Source of the DNA: Mobula hypostoma
Lineage: Eukaryota
Direction: 5' to 3'
Length of the DNA stretch: 64,000 nt
Assembly: GCF_963921235.1 (NCBI RefSeq)
Contig: NC_086110.1
Coordinates: 620,001-684,000, forward strand
Shown here: piece by piece, positions 25,031 to 36,900 of the stretch
How positions within the stretch are numbered: the stretch's first letter is position 1
Layout: each line of letters starts with the position of its first letter
Program-made: the position numbers and the translations under genes
The notes under the pieces: model-generated
The model's input: the letters and a program-made list of their open reading frames with translations, nothing else
Told to the model about the DNA's origin: nothing
The model's database searches: none

Positions 25031-25959
25031 CTTGTTTGTGTTATCGGGCAACCTATCAGAGCACCGGCTCATTCATGCAATAGCCAACATTTGAGATCAT
25101 CATTTACAGCAGTGATTATAATTGATGTTTTGGTTTCCTATTTTTCCATATTCCGAAACGCAGGAAGAACCTTTCCTGGAATGGTGTTTATAGAGATTAA
25201 TTCAATTAATTTAATTTATAACTGCAGAAGAATTTAAGATTAGTTGGATATGTAGGGAGTAATATTCTCGATTGTGAATGCTCTTAGAATTTACCAACAA
25301 GTCCTTGCAAGTCTTGGAATCTTGTCCTTGATAAAGTCTAAACAAGAATGCTATGGCACAAATTTACGTCGTGCTCCTGTTGGTTGAAAATCTAGTCCTA
25401 AGTTCAAACTCCAGCAATGTTTTTGTTACGTGTTTGTAGTCACATACGCTGTGCCTATAGTAATGAATGGGTCTGCAAGATCAGCAGAGCTCCTAAGCAC
25501 CGCTCATAGGTAGAAGAAGGCTGTACATAATATCATGCAATACTGTCCTCTAGATTTCTAAACCGTTACAATTCGTAACACTATGGATTGTGTTATCCCA
25601 CCACTTTGTGGCTACCATCCGTTAATAAACAAAATAGGGGGCAACACCTTTGAACAAATATCATTTCTTCCAAAGGAAAGGATGTAAAGTAACTTGAAGG
25701 CTATTTCCAATCTGTTTGAGTAATCATTGTAATTTGTTCACGAGTGGTTCACGTCATGGAGAATGTATTAATTGCCCAACCATAATTGCTTCTGAACTGT
25801 AGAGGAACTTAAAAGCTTGCTGGGGTGCAGGTACATATAGACAGGTTACCTTTCCTGAAAATCTGACTGTTTTGTCGTTACCATTAATGAGCTTAAATTT
25901 GCTACTTTCAAGTATAGTTAACTTATATTGTTGCGGAAAAGATCTCAGGAGCAGCAAAC

Positions 25960-27580
25960 GGAATAGATCAGGCCGACGTATAGATGTTGTCTGAAATGTT
26001 AAGATGTAGTTTTAGGGAGCAATTGGATAGGTTGGGATTACGATGTTGAGGATGACCTTGTGGAAGTTTGTTTATGTATGAGAGGCACATGTAAGGCAGA
26101 TAGTGTTATGGTTCAGTCCATGAACTCCGGATTCCGGTTCACCGTCTGGTCCATCGTTCCTTATTCCAGATTTTCAGCTTTTCTTCTTTTTTTTTCTGTT
26201 GGGTGCTCTAATTGAGGCAGCTGATTCGCATTTTGTGCTGGCTACATAAATAGCTCCTTAATTCAGCTTCAGTTGCTGGATTGTTCCCGTTAAAACCCCC
26301 TGTCTGGATCCCTTCTCGTCCGTTCCTCCTGAAGCCTTGCCCTACAATTGGTGCCTTAAGCCTTGCTCTGCATCTAGTGTCTGTAGCCTTGCCTTGCCTC
26401 GCCTTTAAGCCCTGCCTCGCCTGCACCCTTTGTCTCGCCTGAAGCCTCGCCTGAACCACTGTCAAGTTCAACCGTTGGAGCGAGACCGGGGCCTTGCTGT
26501 GTCTGGATAAGAGACTGCCTGTCGTTGTTTGGAACTGTTTCTCTATGTCCACGCCGTCAATAGGTAGGTTCGGCCGTGTGCCGCTACCTTGTGTTAGTAG
26601 CTTTTTCTTTGCGTTCTGTGTACGACACACGGTTGTACGTTCTGCTCTCTAGGAGGGGTCTTTGCTCTGTGTAGAACCCCGGCCCCAAGTCCTGTACCCA
26701 AGGAGGGGTCCCGGCCCTGAATTCCATGTCTCTGCACTCCTGTCTCCCTCGAACGAGGCTCTGCGTTCCTGTCTCCATCGACCAAGTCAAGGCTTCGTGT
26801 TCTCGCCCTGTCCATGTGCTGCGTCCTGTGTTGGAGTTCCCTCGTCTTGTATTGGAGTTCCCTGGTCTTGCCCAGGAGTCCCTCGTTCTGTCCTGTAGCC
26901 TCGCCAAGTTCTGTCTCCCAACACCACGTAATTTCTTCGCATAGTTCCGGAGTCCGAGACCGAGTTAAGTCGCAGGTTCTGTGTCCTTGTCCGGTCTCTG
27001 GCTCGGAGTCCGAACCCAAGCCTCGAGGGACCAAAGCCATGTCCTGTCCTGCAGGCATGCCATGTCCTCGCCTACTTCCAGGGTCCGAGCCCGAGTCAAG
27101 ATCCAGTTTCTGGGTGCTTGTCCAGTCTCTCACTCGGGGTCCAGGCCCAGGCTCTTAGCTCCCAGTTCCTTGTCCTGGTCCTGCTAGCCTAGACAATGTC
27201 CTAGCCCAAGTCTTTGCTCTTGTCTCAGCTCCTAGTCTGCATCCAGTTACGTCCCTAACTCCAGCCTCTCGTCGTATCCTGTTCCTTGTACTTCAGTGTC
27301 CGTGTCTTGCATTTGGTTCTGCCTTCAACGCCCCCGTTGTGACAGATAGACAGTGTGATTTTACTACGGCTGGGGAGTCTGGAACTTGAGAACAACTGTT
27401 CTAAATGACAGGGTGATATTTAAAAGAAGAGTGTGTATTTAAGTAATAGGGTGTAGTTTATTTGGAATGAGCTGCCCGGAAGGTAATGGAGGCAGCTACA
27501 ACCAACAGTTAAAATGTATTTGAACTGGTGATTATACAGGAAAGTGTCGTGTGATGCGGGCCCAATACTGCTAATAGGGA
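25960..27580 (+). mobile_element. Decayed CR1 3' fragment interrupted by a solo LTR
   Basis: CR1-like sequence on both sides of the LTR (atgagaggca...gatag | gatagacagt...ggaatgagctgcc). Confidence 0.55.
26104..27344. mobile_element. 1.24-kb solo LTR with perfect 5-bp TSD GATAG
   Basis: TGTTATGG...GTGACA termini; GATAG at 26099-26103 and 27345-27349; internal (gcctcgcct)-type repeats shared with 18730-20100. Confidence 0.85.
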
Positions 27581-27773
27581 CTTCGTTTCTATATACTTGA
27601 TGCGCTAAATACAATCTTCTATTTAATGGTTCATTAATCTTAGCTGTTTTGTGTTGTTGGAGTTGGTGATTTCTCATTAAAATCCTATGCTTACTCCACA
27701 GTTGTTACAAAACAGTAACATAGTATGATTGATCTCGGGACACCACGATGGCCAGTAGCGTGTAATACAATCA

Positions 27774-27941
27774 TCAATGGCTATACGCTGTTCTTTTCGT
27801 TTCCAGATTTCTCGCCTCTTCCTTTATCTTTATTCCTGCATACTCGGTCTCATGAGTCTTCTGCACTCTTCTTGCGTTTTTCTGAGAAGCGGCGAGATCC
27901 ACACATGTATAAATAAGTTTATCCTCAGTTCCTTGTATGAT
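27774..27941 (-). CDS. Gene B exon 7: IIQGTEDKLIYTCVDL...HETEYAGIKIKEEARNLETKRTAYSH*
   Basis: Branch-point-like ctaac plus tattgtttccatag acceptor, phase 0; ITIM LIYTCV, ITSM TEYAGI, stop TGA at 27776-27774. Confidence 0.85.
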   Translation of the reverse strand: MIQGTEDKLIYTCVDLAASQKNARRVQKTHETEYAGIKIKEEARNLETKRTAYSH

Positions 27942-30900
27942 CTATGGAAACAATAGTTAGAGATAAGGAGCTGCTGATCCACTACTTTGGAAAAGTGATT
28001 TGTGCAGCGAACTCTGTCTTTTATCTTACCAGTGCATTAGTGAGTTCGGCTTCAGATCTGACTTTCTTGCTTTTATTATCCCTTTTAAAGTTTAGATCCG
28101 CATAAGAAGGACTGCCGGCATCTTGTCTTTCTGAAGCCTGAGAAAAACAATTTTTATACCTCAATTAACTTTGCAATTACGAACACGCTGCGCACCAGAA
28201 AACAAGATCTTTCAGAACTTCTTCGGGTCCAAGTGTGTTATATTCCTATGAAACGCATCATCAGCATGACGGAAATTGGAAAATGCAAATGCATATGGAA
28301 AAAAAAATCCAGTACGTCTGTTTTTCCAAAACAATTGGTGAGCTCGTGTGTATATATAAACTCCAGAGTCTGCTAAATCTTCCTGAAGGTCTTTTGCAGT
28401 CAAACGGGACTTTGATTTGCCTTTCTTGCAATCCTACTGGCAGTTCTCTTCCAAAGACCTCAACTTGACCTTCACCGTTCCTGTTAACAGCCATCTCTTA
28501 ATTACATTACGAATTGAGGAAACTGCTATTTAAAAACGCTTTGCTATCTTCTTATAGCCTTCTCCTGCTTTGTGGGCATCATTTATTTTAATTTTCAGAG
28601 TTTTATGTCGCTGCTTAGAGGAGCCCAAGGATGCTGATTATTGGGACAAGGTTTCAGGAGCCAAGGTATTTGTAAAGCTCTGATATTTTAATCACCTGGC
28701 CTTTCCTAACGATGATTGTAAACACGAAATACCCCTAACAGGCTAATTAAGGTCTGAAACCTTGGTAAAAGTTATCTGAGAGCTCAAGTCTCTTGGGGTG
28801 CCCGAACTTTTGCATCACGCTCCTTTCCTTTTTTTCACTCTAAAATTTTACAGAACCAAAATAATACTCTAAACTTAAAATGTTGAAAAGAAAGTTTCAT
28901 ATTTAACTTCATGACTTTCGGAGATCAGGTCATCTTCTAATCGCTTAACTATTCACAGTAACAGAAATTTTGACCAGGCGTGCCCAAACCTTTGCATGCC
29001 ACTGCACTAGCTATTGTCCTGACCTTTATTTTGTTAGTACAAATGCCCAGTTAGAAAATGACGGGAGTCAAGTCTGATTAGTTCAAAATATCAAATGCAG
29101 TATCTTGGAGAACTTAATGAGTTCCTGAATAAGAGCAGAAGACCATAAGACATAGGAGCAGAATTAAGCCACCTGGCCATTCGAGTTTGCTCTGTCATTC
29201 AACCATGCCTAATACTTTATTTTCTTCTCCTCAACTCCAGCCCCAGCCTTCTTCCCGTAAGTTTCGATGCTATGTTCAATCAAGAGCCTGTCCATCTCTG
29301 CCTTAAGTACATGACATGAATTGCCTCCACAGCGATATGTGGCAACAAATTCCACACATTCACAACTTTCGGCAAAAAAAACAAAAAAAAATCTACATCT
29401 CTGTTTTGAAAGGGCGCCCTTCTATCCTGAGTCTTTACTATCTTGTCCGACACTCTCCGACCATGGAAAACATCCTTTCCAAATCTACTCTGTCTAGGAC
29501 TTTCAACATTCAAAAGGTTTCAATGAGATCCCCCTCAGCCTTTTGAATTCCAGGAAGTGCAGACCCAGAGCCATCAAACTTTCCTCTTGTGAGACAGCTT
29601 TCATTCCTGGAATCGCCCTTGTGAAACTCCTCTGAATAAATAAATCTTTGAAGTTGCTGCACTGCATAAGCCAGAGAAACAAAACAAAAAAAATGAACCA
29701 TGCGATCCTATAACACAAGGTGTTACATGCAAAGTGACAGCCATTCCATTTCTCTAATTATGTGCTACTGATATAGGGTGTATGTGTAAAATATGTAAAC
29801 CTCTATATATGTCATAATAATATTAATCTTACCTGATTTTCCTGGTAGCGACTTAAGGTCTCATCATTTTCGGCTGCTACTAGAGGAAATAAAAAGTGAC
29901 TAATTTCATCCTCAGCGTTTGAACAGGTGCACCGAATGCGATTGCATAATCCAGAAGCAACAAGATCCGTTCGAAATCGGCCAGTGATGTAATGTCATTA
30001 TTGTCATTTTATCAAAGCACACAAATGCTGATATTACTGGTGATGAAAAATGACCTAGTGTACTGCCTAGAATTATTCAAACTCTGTGGCTTACACATGT
30101 TCTCCTGTGGCAACAAACACACTAAATTTGTAACACTTCTTGCAGAGTTAACAATACCGTTTGTAGTTGTTGCAAGATTCAGTAACATTGAGTAAAATGC
30201 GTTTTAAATCTTGTTCTGCACACAACACTCAGCTGTCAGATAGATTCTCAAGCACATCTACCTAAACCTATTTCTCCTCATGGATGCTTTACCCTTCTCA
30301 CAGCCATTTCAACTGCAATATGCTGGTGAAACTAAATATGGGCCAGGGCGATGTAACGTCTTACCTTCAGTCCTGTCTACTCTGAAACGCCTGATAAGTA
30401 ACAACAGTGCGAGGATAATGACTCCGCAGGCTGCAAGTGCACCCGTCAGGATGAAGATGAACTTGTCTCTGGTTCCTGAGGTGTGCAATAGAAGTCAAGC
30501 ATTAGCATTTTAAACAGATTAAACAATTGAATCACGTGCACCACGAACGTAAAGAAGGCGATTCGTATTTTCTTTCACAGCTTGACCTCATTGCCTTAGT
30601 AATAAATCGCAAATTTAAATAAAACGTGGATATACGTAGGACATTAATAAGTAATAATATCAACATTTAATTCCGCTTACTTTCATCAATAATTCTGTAC
30701 TGTTGAATATGTTGACAAGGCATTGATTGAAACGAGGGCTGGAAAATACACGGAAGCGATCTCAGGTCAAAGAATAAGATGGGGCAAAACAGAATTTCTA
30801 GGTAGTGTTGTGAATTGTGCCGGTAAAGTTTAGCAGATACGAGCTCTGACATAATGGACAGGCAGGCTCACATAAGGTGTAGCAGCTTGGTGTGCAGAAT

Positions 30901-33900
30901 TAGGGATTCAATATGTTGTTTTAAACCAGATGAACGGAAAATGTGCTTACGTTTATTTATAATAACATATCAGGGTAAGTTGCGAAGTTGATAAAAAAGG
31001 CTTATGCCATTCGTCTGAAGAAATATGGAATTAAAAGAAGTGAAGTCATGCTGCATTTTCATTAAACTATAGTCTGTGATATTATGATATTGTGTTCAAT
31101 TATAGTGAGATTGGGACGCGTTACAGAAGATCCAGAAAAGTCTATTTCTGTTAGAGATGAAGTCGAAAGTGCATGCATTCTTCACTTTGCTCCGTGGTGG
31201 AGGAGATAACTGAAGACCCCCACACACCGATGAAACATTTTCTTTCCATACGCAAACATTTTTGTACTACTGATTTATATATGTAACTTATGACTGCACT
31301 ATAACCTATGGTCGATTACTGCATTGTACAACTGCCAAACAACAACTCATATCAGGTCATATAATTCAGTGAATCTGATTGTGCAAAGGTAAAGTAACAT
31401 TAAAAAAGGCAAATCTGCATTGCCGATAACAGGGATTTAGAAATACTTGATATGGAAAAGTAAAGGAATTACGCCATTTTTGTTGCATATTATTCCTTGA
31501 AGCAGAAAACAGCAGCAGTATAATATGATATCTTACTCTTCTTTGTATAGCCACTGCCTTACATTTCCCTTTCCCCATTTGAATATGTTCCCTTTTTCTC
31601 TGTTTGTGAGAGATTGATAAATGCCAGACGTAAAACAAGCGTTTGAAAATATGTCTCTTACCCAATCGGATTCTATAATACTCGGATATTGGCGCCGTCA
31701 TAGATTCATGAAACACCTGGCAAGTATAAACAGACCAGCTTTCTATTACATTGAGGGAGCTTGAAACGAGATATAATCCCTCCTCGTTCTGTATTTGTGT
31801 GGTATGTATTCCAGAAGTGATTTCCATTTCATTTTTATGCCATATGAGCTCATAGTTCTTCGGGAAAAAAGCAGCAGTTGTGCACGTCAGCGCCACGGAA
31901 GGAGCGTTCTCTTCGGTGATTTTCAACGGCGCCGGCGGAACTGCAAATGATTTAAAAAAAAAAAGAGCTAGCATCTCTAAACGCACCATTATCAGAGAAA
32001 ATAATCGCTGACAGAAAATTATTCTTCACAACCTGGAATGTTAACTTGAATTTAACTGGAAAACATTAATCTCAAGTCAAGCAGGTTACGTTTATTAGCA
32101 TGAAGTTTTATGTGGCGATATACATTTTCTTTCTTTTTATTTATTTTTTCATTGACCAGAACACTGAAGTTTCAGGTGAAGATATCATGGAGAAATTATA
32201 TAAAAGCTTTCTGCGTTACCCCATGACTCCGTGACCACTATTTATTTATCTTTATTCCACATGCAAAAAGCTACAATAAGAATGGTTTGTTTTTGTTAGT
32301 TTGTTAGTTTGTTTTTGTTAGTTTAATCTAACCCTTAAATTCACATTTTATAAATTACCGGATTTACATTGTAAGAACGTTCTGCTCGTTCTGTAATGTG
32401 TTGTGCTGTAAAGCATTTTGGCTTAGGTCTTCGTAATTCTTCTAATGTTCTATATGCCGTAATTGTTATACGACAAAACAACAGAACCCCACTACCTATT
32501 GCAAAAACAAATGCATTATTTCTGCAAATACTGAATTCAGTTTGAATCCCATTATATCTTTCATCGAATTTTCATACCGATTGAAAATATATACACGTTT
32601 AGTCACGTCAATAAACTTACAGCGTCTTACATATATATAAAAAAATATAATTTGATGGTAGAGCAAACCTCTCTTAGCTAACGCATGCAATTAAATTTAT
32701 TGTGTATTTTATCGTAGTTGTGTTGTTATCAAGTGTTTATTTGCATTGTATCGGATCCTGCGTAATAATTATTTCATTCTCCTATATACCTGAGTACAGG
32801 AAATAACATGAAGCAATCTTGAATCTTGAATTTTGGACCTTCACTGCAGATACCAGTTCCAAATTTTGGATTGGTATTGGTTGCACAGAACCAATCAGGT
32901 GAACGATATTGAGTCAAAGCAAAGCGGGAAGAGTTGATAACAAAACGCAGGTTCACTATTTTTGGAGAAACTTAAGGGAAGGAGGTTTAGCACACAAGGT
33001 GATCAACACTGTCTAGTATGGTTAACTGCCAAAATCTTACAATGCAGAAGGACGTGCGAGATTTTGATTAATGACACAGTGATGCAAAATGATGCAGTGA
33101 GTAATTCATAATACAATAGATTGAGTTACTATCAAAAAACTTTTAAGTAAATAACGATCAATTAAGAATGTAATTCAACAGCAATAGTGAAACCCAGGAA
33201 GCTGTTGTGAGAACAAATCTCCTTCTTGTACAGAGTGCAAACCCTACACTAGGTTTAGTGAGAAAAAACAGATCAATTTATAAGCAGAAATAAAAATACC
33301 AGTTTAAAATCAGGAATAAGTGTTGTATCAACTGTTCTGTAACTTGCTTGATGATATGTTATTATTTAGAGAGAATGACATAAAGATATCTATCTGAAAT
33401 GACTGGAGGTGGAAATCAGTATATATGGAGAGGATATGGAACTTGTGCGTGTTGCAATGATTAGCTGAAATTAGTGCGGCACAACATCATTTTGTAAAAT
33501 CGACAGCATTGAAATGTCAACTGATCAAATTCCTGTAAGGGCAATAATTAAATCTCTCAGAATTCATCAGACATACGATTGGTTATCCAACAAGGCTCTA
33601 ATCGGTGTCGCATTAAGACTCCTAGTTCCAACATGTTTACCCTGAACAAACCTGTTTGCAATACGAAAAATAACGTATAGCGATGTGCTCTATTTTCTAC
33701 ATTAAACTGGACCAAAGCTAAACAGTAATTCGAAGTTCCATAAGGAGTGTTGACATAAACAGGACCCTAGTACCGTACGTGCCTAATCCCTCAAAGTAGT
33801 GACACAGTTGGGAAATATGACGACGACGGCAGTTTGACATTCCTGCCTGCTCTGGTCAGGAATTGGGACGTCAGGCTGAAATTGCAAAAGTCGTTGGTGA

Positions 33901-36900
33901 GAACATACTTGAGGTGTTGTCCGTGGTTCTCTTGGCCTCGCCCCAGTATAGGCGTCATTAATCTGGAATGAATGCCTGCAGCACTGGGTTTCGAGGGTTT
34001 CATTTACATGGAGAATCTACAACTCTTTGTCTGCAGAGAAAGAAGTCGAAGGGTGATCTGATAGATGCTTATGAAGTTATAAGGATCAAGATGACGTGGA
34101 TAGTCAAAGTCTTCTTCCCAGATTCTCAACGTCTGCAACTGGAGGGATGGACTTAAAATAAAAGTGCATAGGTTTAAATTGAACCTAAAAGGTTTTTTTG
34201 TCTACACACATGCCAGTAGGTACACATTATGCCATATACAAGGAAGCTGAGGAAGCGGGATAAAATGAGAATGCCAAAAAAAAACAAAAAAAAAACATTC
34301 ATACATGTGCATGAATAGAAAAAAAAATGTGCTCAAGGATATTGGGGTGTGTTCCGCATGTCAGATTTGGGTTCAGAAGTGACGGTCTAAGTTGTATAAA
34401 TCTACGACGCGTGTGAACAAAAATCAAACTAATTTTGTGCATTTTATTAACCCTACAATTTCAGCGGTTAATTAGTTTCCTGCAGTTTCTCCTGTCTGTC
34501 AACATGCAAGAAAAACAACAATTTATTTTCTAACACACTGAAAGATCATGGCCGATCTGCATTTTCACTTTCAAGTTGGAAGGTGAAATGTACCATGACT
34601 TTGCTGCCGGGGAGAAATAATTTTGTCAAATTCGCTTGGAGTGGAAATTGATTGTAGTGGGCAATGGGAAATGAACCAAAACAGAGATGTAAGAAAACGA
34701 GCCAAAATTAACCTAAGTATTATTTTATGCCGAAACCTCCTCCTTTCGCAGGCATTCTCGGGACCGTCCGTGGCAGAGTTGCTCTCCATCTAGTTATGAA
34801 GAAGAAAAAAAATATCCGATTTAAGAAGAAGCACAGGCGTTCGTGTAGCTTGGTCAGATTCAGCAACAAAAAGAAAGGAGTGATTGTAATTGGCCATTGT
34901 CCTCAGCTCCTTAAGACGGGAATCGTTTCAAAGTAAGCTTCCAGTTGTCAGTTGCCTATCACAAGAATACACTACTACATCAATACAGTTAGTGATCCAA
35001 CGGCAGCGTAGTGAGGTTGCTCCGGTGTAGGTTATTTCGCGACATTTCATGTCATTCCTTCAAAAATGCCTTGGAATCTCAGGTGTTGTAATTTATAATG
35101 TTTGGTTTTCATTATTTCCTTAATAAACTGTTTCTTCCGTCATTCATTTTGCTGCTCTCTGACAGTATGCGATTTTCCTCACCAGACGGGGTGCAGATGT
35201 AACATTCACATACAAGAACATAACTCAGTGACTACCAAAACTTTGCAACCCCTCACCAGTGGCAAAATGCTCGACCCAACGATTTTGTTGTTTCCGAGTA
35301 AATTTCTTCTTATTTAACACACAACGTTCTACCCCTGTGATCTAATTCTGTGAACCCGCTGAAAGTTCTGTGTAGCCTGAGCACAACACACCGTCACCCA
35401 CATGCTTGCTTTGTTTGAAACAAAGGGTTGCGGCAACTTTGATAGAGGCCTGAAAGATTGCGTTCTGACGAGATCTCAAAATATTTCGTGATATTTCGTC
35501 ACAACTCCAACCCAAGCCTATGTAGCTTGTAGAGCAACGGCTTCCAATTCAAGAAAAAAAAAATACCGATATCCACCCACTGCAAATAGCAAACACATCC
35601 ATCCTGGGGAATAATTCAGCGATCCTACCCGGCTGTCTGGTCTACATCCTGAATCTGTATACCTAGTTGTTCTGTGGAAGAAATTCATCAGAGCCTCTCT
35701 ATGGCTCCAGAAGTTGCCGTAACATTATATTTACGGAATAAGTAGTATTGCAGCAGGTAAAGGAATAAACAAAAAATGCTTGATGGACGCAAAGGATCGA
35801 GAGAGCAAGATTTTAGAAGTCAGCATGTCGGACCTGCTGGAATCGGGTTTAACCAGGAGAATGAAAAAGAATAAATAACAAGAGGATAATAATAAGCAGG
35901 AATTGCAGGAAACATGAAAGAATAAAGCTAAAATCTTTAATTCTCTTGTGAACAAAAGAGAATTTATAAAGCAAATTTGCCAAAGGTATTATACCATTTG
36001 CCATTATTTCAAATGAATCTGGTGAAATATTTATTTTAAAATGTCACGGATCATTGTTTGTGTAATGTTTTGGACGCTCTATTTTTTTTTTTTTTTGCTT
36101 TGTCTCAAAGGCTGCAGCAAGTTATGACAAAATGATGAAAACTCCCTGACGTTCAGAACGGAATATAAAGAAGGACTTTTTTTTCTTCTTTTTTCAGAGT
36201 AACATCGTTGAGCTCCGGGGGAAAAAAAAAACTGGAAAATAATATTGAAACAAAAAGAAAAGTACCGTCCTTTCTGGGGGGAATATAGTGCTGTAGTAAT
36301 TTTCAATCTAGCTTGATGCGGTAATGCAGACACAAGGTGAAAAGAGGCACATATTTAAATATAGGTAGCTTCCAATACATTGATGACAATGATGACCAGA
36401 AATTACGGTTTAATTGCTGAGCAAAATAAATTATAAATTTTCCAGTGACAGCTTAGAAAGGTATTTCCTCTGTCCACAGTCCATGCCCCGGATTTATCAA
36501 CAAGGACATATCATCCCAAGCAGGGTTACAACCGTTAAATATTTATGAATTCTGAATTTAACAAGTCTTTCTATTTTTACCTTCTTTGGACCCATCTTTT
36601 GATACACGTTGCATTAATTACATGTACAATGCTCAATTGTGTGATTTAATTTGTCCTGCCTTCCATCCTGAGCAAACATACTGCCATTTACTTTACCAAT
36701 CTCTGCCTCCAAGACAAACTGATATTACATGCTATACTGCATTCACCACTGAAACTCGCAAAATTTCATGAACAACAATTCCTTGTTTAATATATTTAAA
36801 TTAATAATATCACTGTTTTGCTCTTTTGCACTTTCTACTGTATAACTGAGTACTTAAGAACATAAGAAATAGGAGCAGAAGAAGGCCATCTGACCCCTCG

